53,717 nt of DNA from a virus (lineage: Duplodnaviria > Caudoviricetes), in the IMG/VR virus record IMGVR_UViG_3300012942_000055, positions 1-53,717 of that record, one strand, 5' to 3'. Of the stretch, positions 24,218 through 33,800 are shown piece after piece (position 1 is the stretch's first letter; the number at the start of each line of letters is the position of its first letter). The notes beneath the pieces are model-generated. The model saw only the letters and a program-made list of their open reading frames with translations, was not told where the DNA came from and did not search any database. Both the position numbers and the translations under genes were made by a program.

Positions 24218-25501
24218 GTGGTATATGTAAAACAAGTATGGTCTGATAGCCCATCTACCTCATCTCCTATTAATGCTGCGGCATTAAACCATATGGAGAG
24301 TGGAATATATGCCGCATCTTCACCTGATACGGCAGGAACTAGACGAGTTGAGGCTTTGTCTGCGGCTGGAATCCAGCCTTGGCACTCTGCACTATCCCGT
24401 CGCCCATTTGCAACTGCCCGTGTAGCGTGCCTTGGAACGTCTAATACCGCAGGATCAACTCTATCTCACTGGGCTGATGTTTACATGCAAAGGGCACAAA
24501 CCACAATGAGGAAAAAGTGGGACTGCCCAACCGCAGGCGGACTTGGTTGGATTCCTGCAATAAAAGATGGACTGGATGCAAATGATCTAGTCACTATCTC
24601 TGGTGGAACGCAAAACTACTTAGGTGGGTATGGATATACCCAACTGTCTGCAAGTGGCAATAACATAGTATTTTCTCTCCCGGCCGGAGGAACTTCTGTG
24701 AAATTACGCTATCGCAATAGAGCGGCTGGGGTATTCTCATGGAAAATAGATTCTGGCGCAGCAACCAATATCACTACAACCAGTCAAAGTGGAAACTCTT
24801 CGTACTTGGGAAGTGCAACAATTACTTTGCCTAGTGACACCGCAACGCACACACTAACACTTACCTGGGTATCCGGAACACCTCAAATTAATGGAATTTA
24901 CCACTACAATGGTGATGAGTCTTCTGGTATTCAGATAGATAATTTTGGTCAAGGCGCTGCAACTACGTCTAACTTCACATCAGACGGAGACGCATATGGT
25001 GTTGTTCTTAATATTGCTGACATGGGATATCAATTAATCATTCTTGAATTTCAAGGTAATGATATCAGTGCAGGAAACACCGTAGCACAGTATAAGGCTA
25101 ATATGCAGTCGATCATATCTTACTACGATAGTGCTTACACAGGTTTAGGTAAGACACCGCCAGCATATCTCCTAACATCTATTACCCCTGGTGTTGGGTC
25201 CACAGGAGACACAGCGGCAGCATTAACTACATGGATAGGGTATCAAACAGCAAGAGACGAGATTGCTGCTGCTAATCCTACCCGAGTAAGTACAGCAATG
25301 CTTTCTGCGTGGCTTCCCGTAGACTGGACAGCAGATTCTTCAATTTTGCCCGGAGCACTTGATCCTATTTCTGGTATGCCTTCAAATCCCACACTGGTTA
25401 ATCAACTGTATGGGTCAGGTCACTGGAATGCTTCTGGTCATGCACTTATCTCAGATCATCTAGTTCGACTATTAGGCGGTAATCTAGGCCAGATAGGTTA
25501 A
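24218..25501 (+). CDS. Virion-associated SGNH/GDSL-like hydrolase
   Basis: Block I VACLGTSNTAG, block III QGND, block V GHWNASGH; N-terminal YVKQVW..PINAAALNHMESGI fibre-type anchor. Confidence 0.65.
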   Translation: MVYVKQVWSDSPSTSSPINAAALNHMESGIYAASSPDTAGTRRVEALSAAGIQPWHSALSRRPFATARVACLGTSNTAGSTLSHWADVYMQRAQTTMRKKWDCPTAGGLGWIPAIKDGLDANDLVTISGGTQNYLGGYGYTQLSASGNNIVFSLPAGGTSVKLRYRNRAAGVFSWKIDSGAATNITTTSQSGNSSYLGSATITLPSDTATHTLTLTWVSGTPQINGIYHYNGDESSGIQIDNFGQGAATTSNFTSDGDAYGVVLNIADMGYQLIILEFQGNDISAGNTVAQYKANMQSIISYYDSAYTGLGKTPPAYLLTSITPGVGSTGDTAAALTTWIGYQTARDEIAAANPTRVSTAMLSAWLPVDWTADSSILPGALDPISGMPSNPTLVNQLYGSGHWNASGHALISDHLVRLLGGNLGQIG

Positions 25502-25503
25502 TC

Positions 25504-27405
25504 ATGGCCCAACTTTATCCTTCAAGTTCTGTATACCCATCTAATTCTTTATATCCTGGGGAACAGGCTCCTACTTCTACTGTACTTGTTCCGTCTATTG
25601 CGGTGACAGCCTCGGCAGCAATACCCACAGTTTCTGGTATCGCTGGGGCTGTGAGTTTCCCATCCACCGCAAATGATATTTCTACAGTAGATGGTAGCAG
25701 TTCTGGAATTGTGACTATTGCGCCACCAGTAAATACAAAAATTGGTGACGTACTATTTGCTATTGCTGCCACTAGGGATGAGGACACTGTAATTACCCCA
25801 CCTGCCGGGTGGACTTTGGTGATGAATCCTGAGCCAGACTCTCTAGGAGACGGTTCTGCTCAGGTTTTCTACTACCCAGTAACATCTACACCACCAACTT
25901 CGTGGAATTGGTCTATTTCTAATACTCGTTGTGTAGTTGCAATTACACGTGCAGTGGGTGTCAATACCTCTTCTCCGATTAGTTCATACAGTCCGTGGAA
26001 AATGGCAGGAACATCAAAAGCCAGTTCTCCTACAATGCCTGATCCGCCAATTGTATTTTCTTCTTTGAGTGTTCCATCTTCGGGTGGAGCAATGGTGTTT
26101 TCCGCGTCTTTCTGGGGAGACGCCACTCCTGCATATAGTGACTTGAACACAAATGGTTGGTCAAGTATACTCAACAAAAATTTTGCTAATGTTGGAAGAA
26201 AAGCACTCTACATCGCAGGTCAAACCGGACAAACATCTACTGGAACAGTAACACTCACAGGGTCAGGAAATACCGCATCCGGATATGGTGGTATTGTTCT
26301 TGCCCTAAATCCTGTAAATGTTACTAAAAATGCAACAGTATCTGTCCCTGTCAGTGTAGTCACATCAACGGCACTTTCTCCGTCGGTATCTAGCGCCTCA
26401 AATGCTACTGTAGCGGCCCCTCTGAGCACCATAACTGTTGGCACCCAGCAGCCAAGTGTCAGTGCATCTAGAGTCGCCTCAGTGGCCGCTCCTGCCCTCA
26501 CAATCACATCTGTAGCCCTTGCACCTAGTGCGTCTGCCACTCGGAGTGCATCAGTAGTAGCAGAAGCGGTTGGGGCACAAATAAATGTTCCTTCTCCGTC
26601 TGTTTCTGGTATCTCTAACGCTCTAGTTGGTATTCCTGTAGTTTCTGCCACGATTGGTGTGCCAGTGCCGTCAATCGGCAGTAGTGGAAATGTTCAGGCT
26701 GACATTCCTAAGATACAAGTTGATGTTGAATTCCAATCTCCATCGATTAGTGCTGGCGGAACTATTATTATTTCTGCTCCTGCGGCTATATCTGAATCTT
26801 TCCCAAACCCACCACAGGTATTTGCACAATCTAATCAAGTCATTAGTGTCCCAGTATCCTCCGCCACCGCATCTGCTCTTTCTCCGCAGGTAGTAGGATT
26901 CTCCGGAACATCAGTTCAAGTCCCTGTATCAGTTATCAACTCAGTGGTACATATTCCAGATGTATCTGGACAATCTGCTGGAAGTATTACACCAAATAGT
27001 GTCAATATTTCACTCAAGGCACTCGTTCCTGATGTAATTGGACAATCCAATACAGTAGTCAATGCACCTACAATAATGGCAACCATTGGGGCACCTGCTC
27101 CAAATGTCTCAGCAACGCAAAACATCTTGGTACTTGTGCCAATTTCGAATATAAGCACAGTAGCACAGGCACCAAATATTTCTGCTTCAAGAAATGCTAC
27201 AATTGATGCTCCGGCTGCACAGGTAAATCTAGCAGTAAAGACTCCTATTGTACAGGCCGGTGGGCTGCACCTAGCATTCTTCTATGTGGCAAAAGATGGA
27301 CAACAAATTACCGGAGACTATTCAGTCAAACTAGATGGAGTGGAGACACCTATTGTCGCAATGTCTTTCATCTACGGCGGAATTGAGTATACTTTATTGA
27401 CATAG
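25504..27405 (+). CDS. Ser/Val/Ala/Pro-rich fibre-like protein with ~23-aa repeats
   Basis: C-terminal half consists of tandem imperfect repeats of the type ATVAAP..TITV....PSVSAS; N-terminal LYPS motifs. Confidence 0.7.
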   Translation: MAQLYPSSSVYPSNSLYPGEQAPTSTVLVPSIAVTASAAIPTVSGIAGAVSFPSTANDISTVDGSSSGIVTIAPPVNTKIGDVLFAIAATRDEDTVITPPAGWTLVMNPEPDSLGDGSAQVFYYPVTSTPPTSWNWSISNTRCVVAITRAVGVNTSSPISSYSPWKMAGTSKASSPTMPDPPIVFSSLSVPSSGGAMVFSASFWGDATPAYSDLNTNGWSSILNKNFANVGRKALYIAGQTGQTSTGTVTLTGSGNTASGYGGIVLALNPVNVTKNATVSVPVSVVTSTALSPSVSSASNATVAAPLSTITVGTQQPSVSASRVASVAAPALTITSVALAPSASATRSASVVAEAVGAQINVPSPSVSGISNALVGIPVVSATIGVPVPSIGSSGNVQADIPKIQVDVEFQSPSISAGGTIIISAPAAISESFPNPPQVFAQSNQVISVPVSSATASALSPQVVGFSGTSVQVPVSVINSVVHIPDVSGQSAGSITPNSVNISLKALVPDVIGQSNTVVNAPTIMATIGAPAPNVSATQNILVLVPISNISTVAQAPNISASRNATIDAPAAQVNLAVKTPIVQAGGLHLAFFYVAKDGQQITGDYSVKLDGVETPIVAMSFIYGGIEYTLLT

Positions 27406-27449
27406 GCCGGGCATATCTGGTATGATAGGACCGGAAGATAGGAAAATCA

Positions 27450-28142
27450 ATGGCAGTTCGCTGGATTACTGAGGCAGACACTACTGCACCTACCGATCCG
27501 ACTTCGGCTCGATACGTAGAGGCAGCATCGTGGATGCTTTACAAATTAACTGGGGAAAAGTACCCAGGAATTACAGAACGCACAGAATGGTACGGATTCG
27601 ACCAGGCTGCGTGTTTGCCATGCGCTGCGTATGTTCCTAGTATGTTTGTCCCAGTCCACGGACACGTACTGTTTCAAACTATGACAACAAATAAGATCAG
27701 ACTACGTGGATATCCCGTACAATCTGTGAGTTCTGTTATAGAGGGTGGAACAGCACTGGCCCCTACAGACTTTTGGGTCATCAATAAAAAATACATTCAA
27801 AAACGTGACAACACTCCTTGGCTTCTTGATCTAGGGGTAGAGATAACGTACCGATCAGGTGTAAATCCTCCTGAGGCTGGCCGCCAAGCAGCAATTATTC
27901 TAGCAAATCAACTTATTGCTGCCGAAACAGACCCAGAGAATTGTCAACTACCTCAGCGTGTCACATCAGTGAGCCGACAAGGGCTTGATTTTACCTTGCT
28001 AGACCCACAAGACTTCCTCGAACAAGGAAGAACAGGTATCTACGAAATTGATGCCTTTATTAAAGCGTCCAATCCGATTAATGCACGAAAGAAACCACGT
28101 GTTTTCTCGGTGGACATACCATCCGGAGAGACGAGAGTATAA
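27450..28142 (+). CDS. Head-to-tail adaptor
   Basis: AASWMLYKLTG..G.NPP.AG..AA..LA..CQLPQRVTSVSRQG..RTGIYEID pattern. Confidence 0.75.
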   Translation: MAVRWITEADTTAPTDPTSARYVEAASWMLYKLTGEKYPGITERTEWYGFDQAACLPCAAYVPSMFVPVHGHVLFQTMTTNKIRLRGYPVQSVSSVIEGGTALAPTDFWVINKKYIQKRDNTPWLLDLGVEITYRSGVNPPEAGRQAAIILANQLIAAETDPENCQLPQRVTSVSRQGLDFTLLDPQDFLEQGRTGIYEIDAFIKASNPINARKKPRVFSVDIPSGETRV

Positions 28143-28408
28143 TGTCAGAATCTAATCCATATGCAGCACCAGAAGACAACGAAGTTGTAGAAGTTCCTAC
28201 GGCTGAGGAAACAGAAACCGCATCTGCCCCAGAACCAGAAGTAAAGGCTAATGACGGAGAAGAAGTTCCTAGTGGAACAATCAAGGAAGTCCTCACATGG
28301 GTTGGAGAGGACAAGGAGCGCGCCCAAGCAGCACTTGATGCTGAGAAGGCAAGCGATTCCGAGCGTAAGACCCTAGTGACTTCTCTTGAGGAAATCCTAG
28401 GAGCCTGA
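28142..28408 (+). CDS. Small acidic hypothetical protein
   Basis: TAATG coupling with the upstream gene. Confidence 0.7.
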   Translation: MSESNPYAAPEDNEVVEVPTAEETETASAPEPEVKANDGEEVPSGTIKEVLTWVGEDKERAQAALDAEKASDSERKTLVTSLEEILGA

Positions 28409-28409
28409 C

Positions 28410-28919
28410 GTGCTTCCTGCGTATAAAACTACCATATATGAAGCGCTAGAGACGCTACGAGACACGCTCAACGCTACAGCAGCAGAATATAGCATAGAGT
28501 TGCCCACACGTCAATACTTTGACAGTGGTGGTCCTAACGAATCTCCGCACGACTGTGAAGAAGTAGTTTTCACCTTCGAGCAAATGTATAATGGTTTTCC
28601 GTCTGGACCCAATGACACACCTACCACCTGTGAAGGGCCGCGAACTGCTACGTTCAGCGTGGAAATTGTTAGGTGCACTCCGACACCCAAGCGTGCCGCA
28701 GGACGTACCGGAGCACTGCTTCCTCCTGATATAGCCGAACTCGACGCTCTTGTATCAAAACAAGGGCAAGATGCCTGGTTACTCATGGACGCAGGACTTA
28801 AGGCCGCAGAGCAAATTGGACTTGAAATCGGAGGTCTTGCTGACGTGGTAATGGGGCAAGAGGCTGGCGGCTTTCAGGCCACTGTACTCAACCTAACTGT
28901 AGGATTGCTAGGCGCGTAA
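28410..28919 (+). CDS. Probable tail terminator / head-tail joining protein
   Basis: Position in the connector cluster; AGGAG SD. Confidence 0.55.
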   Translation: MLPAYKTTIYEALETLRDTLNATAAEYSIELPTRQYFDSGGPNESPHDCEEVVFTFEQMYNGFPSGPNDTPTTCEGPRTATFSVEIVRCTPTPKRAAGRTGALLPPDIAELDALVSKQGQDAWLLMDAGLKAAEQIGLEIGGLADVVMGQEAGGFQATVLNLTVGLLGA

Positions 28920-29311
28920 TGCCAGTAGTATTTGTAAAAAACGAAGCCGGATGGAACGAGTTGACTCGTTCCCCGGCTGGTGCTGTTTACAAAGATATCA
29001 ATAAACGAGGGCAAAAACTTCAACAACTTGCACGTAGACAGGTTGGTAAGAAAACTGGAAGACTTGCAGCAAGTATTACCAGCATCACTACAGTTGATGC
29101 AAAGGGAGTCATTAATGTTACTGGCTCTGGAAGTAAAATTGCCTTGATCCACCACGAAGGGGCCAAGGCACACATCATCCGACCAAAACGTGCAAAGATG
29201 TTAAGATTCGTTCAGAATGGTAGAGTTCGCTACGCAAATGTAGTTCATCACCCTGGACACCGATCCAACAAGTACCTCACGGGAAACCTTCCACGTGTTA
29301 TCTTGCGATAA
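28919..29311 (+). CDS. HK97 gp10-like neck/tail completion protein
   Basis: Basic protein with KTGRLAASI..HHEG..HIIRP..LRF..V.HPG pattern. Confidence 0.65.
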   Translation: MPVVFVKNEAGWNELTRSPAGAVYKDINKRGQKLQQLARRQVGKKTGRLAASITSITTVDAKGVINVTGSGSKIALIHHEGAKAHIIRPKRAKMLRFVQNGRVRYANVVHHPGHRSNKYLTGNLPRVILR

Positions 29312-29365
29312 ATGATATACTTTGCCTAGGGCACGGCCCCAACGACACAAAGGAAAGAAAGACAA

Positions 29366-29707
29366 ATGCCAAAGACAATCGGACGCCACAAGGCTTTTAC
29401 CCGTAAAGCACGAGAAGAAGTAGAACCACTTTCATTTGACCTCGAAGGTCAAACATTCAAATGTCATCCTGAAATTCCAGGTGCAGTAATTCTTGACTTT
29501 GCTGCCGCTTCCAGTGAAGGCGGAGTAGAAGTTGCTATTCAAATGAGTTCATTCTTCAAGCGCGCAATTCTTCCTGAGGATTATGAGAACTTCGAGAAAC
29601 TTATCTATGACCCAGAAGTGGCGATTGATGAGGAATTACTTGCAGATATTCTCGGCTGGCTCGTAGAACAGTACACAGACCGCCCTACGGAGGCGTCCTC
29701 CAAGTAA
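29366..29707 (+). CDS. Tail assembly chaperone (G)
   Basis: Upstream of the tape measure gene; ends WLVEQYTDRPT. Confidence 0.75.
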   Translation: MPKTIGRHKAFTRKAREEVEPLSFDLEGQTFKCHPEIPGAVILDFAAASSEGGVEVAIQMSSFFKRAILPEDYENFEKLIYDPEVAIDEELLADILGWLVEQYTDRPTEASSK

Positions 29708-30078
29708 TCTCTGAGTTTTTGAGGTTCTGGGAGTTTGTAGACGGGTATTATCTGTCCCGCAATACCGATCTTGTCGCTCTGTTCAATGAAATGGATGGGC
29801 GACGCTCCATGAACATTATCGAAAGCATCATTGTGGAGGACGGTATACGCGGGCTTAATCTATTCGCAGATGACGAGAAGCAAATTGGAATGCTTGAAAA
29901 TGCACGTACTGGTATTATTAAGGTGTATAATAGTTCAAGTAAACCTATGGTCTCTGATGACTCAGAATTCGATATGGATTATGTTATAGACCCACTAAGA
30001 CCTTTCAACCCGAATATACCGAACTATATCGAACCGACAGAAAGCGGATATCCGGGACTTGAACCACCTGTAGGATAG
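29683..30078 (+). CDS. Tail assembly chaperone extension (T), probably read by -1 frameshift
   Basis: The -1 frame is open from 29632 to 30078; the listed TTG start at 29719 has no nearby SD. Confidence 0.6.
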   Translation, partial: PYGGVLQVISEFLRFWEFVDGYYLSRNTDLVALFNEMDGRRSMNIIESIIVEDGIRGLNLFADDEKQIGMLENARTGIIKVYNSSSKPMVSDDSEFDMDYVIDPLRPFNPNIPNYIEPTESGYPGLEPPVG

Positions 30079-30100
30079 AAAGACGTAAGAGAGAACGTAC

Positions 30101-30850
30101 ATGACTATGACCCTTAAGCCAACAGTTGTGTACGTTCTTTTGTGCCCAAAAACTGGTGAGATTCGTTACGTAGGAAAGACTACAAGTGGTTTGGCTAGAC
30201 GTTGGTATGAACATGTACGTACAGCAAAGATAGATACGAATAAGACTCATAGAGATTATTGGATTCGTTCTCTTATTGCTGGTGGAGAACTTCCTCTTAT
30301 TGAAGAACTTGACTCTGGTCTATGGAGCGTTGAAACTGCTAATCTAAGGGAACGTTACTGGATTGCAACTTTCCGCGAACGTGTACTAGATTTAGTGAAC
30401 ACTACGGATGGCGGAGATGGTGCTCAGCCTGGTTGTACATACTCTCAGGAAGTCCGAGATAAGGTTGGGGCTGCATCTAAAGAAAGATGGCAGACGAGCG
30501 AGTATCGAGAAAAAATTTCTGAGAAACGTAAAGAATATTGGGACGGCAATGAACGTGCCCGTGCTGCTGTTAGTAGACAATCAAAAGAGCGTTGGGCTGA
30601 TCCGAATTATTTAGGTAGAACTTCATTACAGTCTATTGAATACAGGGCAAAAAGATCAGAAATTGCTAAAAGAAATTCTAATAGTCCTGAGGGCATAAAG
30701 AGATTAGCAAAAAACGGTAAAAAATCTTCTCTACTTCGTAGAGAATGTGTAGACTGTGGAAAAATATGTCCGCCTGCTTCTATGGGTATGCACCTAAAAG
30801 GTACTGGGCATTCTGGGTATTTAGACCTAATGACTGAAAGAGGTGCGTAA
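30101..30850 (+). mobile_element. Free-standing GIY-YIG homing endonuclease gene
   Basis: VVYVLLCPKTGEIRYVGKT..LARRW..H, ERYWI and N.TDGGDG motifs, basic NUMOD-like helices and a C-terminal CxxC..H..H; inserted between chaperone and tape measure genes. Confidence 0.8.
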
Positions 30851-30853
30851 TCC

Positions 30854-33800
30854 GTGGCAATTATAGGATCGGCGTACGTAACAATACGTGCCTTAACAAA
30901 CAATCTAGCCTCTGACATTGAAAAGGGTCTCGGACCTGCTATCGATTCGGCAGGAACAAAAGCCGGAGAACGCCTTGCGCAAAAAATGCAGCAAGGATTT
31001 TCTCGTAATAACAAACTTTCTGCACCAGACATTGATACCTCACGCGCGGAGCGTTCTCTTTCTCGTGTAGGAGACAGCGCCCGTGACGTTGCTCGTGACC
31101 TTAACCGTACAAAAGGCAAGGTAAGCGTAGACACAGACCCAGCAGAACGTGCCCTTAATGATGTGGCAAAAACTGCTGCAAACGCAGGAGAACGTGCTGG
31201 AAGGGACTTCACCCAGCGATTTGGAGCAGGAAACTTCTCCGGTGTAGTTACCCGCTTGTTCAACGTCATTCTCCTTGGTACCCCTGCTATTGGTGCCCTT
31301 GTTGGAGCACTATCCTCTCTTGTATCAGGACTTTTCTCCGTTGCAGCGGCGGCTGCTCCTGCGGCTAATGCATTAGCAATTTTGCCTGGGTTAGCCAGTG
31401 CTGCCGTTGGCGCATTTGCTACCATCGGTCTTGCATTTAAGGGTGTAGGTGCTGCATTCTCTGCCGGACAAAAGGCTCTTGGTGGCGGAGGCGGGGCTGC
31501 TGCGTCTGCTGGGAAGTCAGCACAACGTACAGCAAACCAAGTTGCTGATGCACAGGCCGATGCCGCTGAGAAGATCAAGCAGGCCAACGAAGACGCTGCT
31601 AAAGCCTCTAAAGAGGCAAGAGACCAGATCATCTCTGATCAACAAGATATTATCGATTTGAATGACCAGTATCGAAAGGACTCGAAAGAGACCAAAGATG
31701 CTATTGTTCAGGACAAGAAAGATATCGTTACCGCCAACACTCTTGCTGCTCAACGTCTTCGTGACGCAGAAAAGAATGTTGCAGATGCTGAATATGACCT
31801 AGCCAAAGCACAGGCTAAGTCTAAGCAGGCACAAGCAGACCTCAACGCTGCCCGTAAGCAAGCAAAAGAAGACCTTGAAGACCTCAAGAACAGCGCCGAG
31901 CAGGCGTCTATTTCAGAGGCTCAGGCTGCTATTAACTTGCAGAAGGCCCGTGAAAATCTAGCACTTTATACTGAACTACCTGTTAACAACCGCCTACGTC
32001 AACAGGCTGAATTGCAGTACCGTCAAGCACAACTTGACATGACTGAGGCTACCCAAACAGCCAAGAGAACCAGCGAAGCAAACGATGCTGCCGTTAAGGC
32101 TGGCGTAGAAGGTTCTGCTAAGGTGCAGGACGCTAAGCAGGCCGAGGCAGATGCACAGCACGACGTATCTGAGGCACAGTACAATGAGATGAAGGCCAAT
32201 GAAGACCTTACTCAAACTAAACTAGATAATGCCAAAGATATTCATGATGCCAACCAGCAACTCATTGACGATCAAGAAAAACTTCAAGACATTAATCGTC
32301 AGTATGCTAGAGACTACTCCGATGCTACCAAGAAACTAGCACAGGATCAACAAAAACTTAGTGACATTGAGGAAGAGCGCCGCAAGAAGATCGCTGATGC
32401 TAATAAGCAACTAGCGCGTACTCTTCGTGATGCTGCACTTTCTGCTGAGGGTGTTGGGGCTGCCGGAGCCAGAGGAATTAATGCATTCCAAACGGCAATG
32501 GACAAACTATCTCCTAGCGCACAGCAATTCGTTCGTTATCTGCTTTCTATTCGCGGAATAATGAAAGACTTGCAGGAGGCTGCTGGTGTAGAACTCTTCC
32601 CTAAACTTGAAACCGCAATTGATAAGGTCATCAAGGGCAATGCTCTTGGTGTGCTCAAAGACGCACTAAGAGGTATTGGAAGTACCATTGGTGACGTTGC
32701 AATTGATCTTGCAAATCTCATCAATGATCCATTCTTCCAGGGCACATTCTCCAAGACAATGGATTCCAACAAGGTTGTTATTAAGAACCTTGGCGATTCG
32801 TTGATTAATGTCATTGACCTTCTTAGCACGCTTTCTGCTGCCGCTGCTCCTGTTACTGAGTCATTCAGTAAGTGGATCAACACTATCACCGGAAATTGGG
32901 CAAAGAAGGCTCGTGATAACTTCGATGGTGTCCAGGCGTCAATCCAACACGGTGCTGATGTTGCCAAGCAAATTGGTGGAATCCTCAAGAACTACATTCT
33001 TGGTATTTACAACCTCGGTAAAAATGCACAAGGCGCAGGTGAAGGTCTTCTCGACTCTCTAACCAAGGCTTCGGAGAAGTTTAAAGACTTCACAGGAGAC
33101 CCAGACAGAGCCGGTAAGTTCAAAAAATTCTTCCAGGATACAGCAGAAAACGCTCGCAAAATTTCTACAATGATCGTTTCTGCTACAAAAGCCTTTGCTG
33201 AACTCGGACAAAATCAGGCCATCGGTGAGATTGCGGACACAATTAATGACGAAGTTGTCCCAGCACTTAAAGACCTCTTAGATCAGGCCACAACTGAGGC
33301 CGGTCCTGTCCTTGGTCAACTTTTTGCAAATATTACCGAAGCATTCAAGAATCTTACTCAGAATGGTGGACTTAGGACATTCCTCACTATTCTTAACGAC
33401 TTCTTTACAGTAATTAATGGCATTGCCAGTGCCCCAGGAGGAAAGCAAACTCTTGTCCTACTCGCCAGTCTTGTAGCGTCATTCAAAGCATTGTCTTTGA
33501 TTAAAAAACTTACTAACTTAAACAATATTGGTGCTGACTTGAGAAAACTTGGTGGTATGGGTAAGACTGCCATCAATTTTGGTAAGTCTATTGGAACATG
33601 GTCTAAGGCTGCTAAAGAAGCCGGAAAAAGTGCACCAGTGCTGCGCGGATTCATGTCAGCAGTCGGAAACACACAACCTATCATCAAGGCTCGCCTTGCA
33701 TGGCAAAGCATCTCTGGCGTTACAGTTAAAGCGGCCAAGGGCATTAAAGGCGCATTTGAAACTGTAGCCATCAAGTCCATGTATGTCGGTGAGTCACTTA

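Noticed and set aside
30079-30853. Group I intron around the GIY-YIG ORF
   Set aside because: Only ~22 nt upstream and 3 nt downstream are non-coding, and both flanking genes appear intact.
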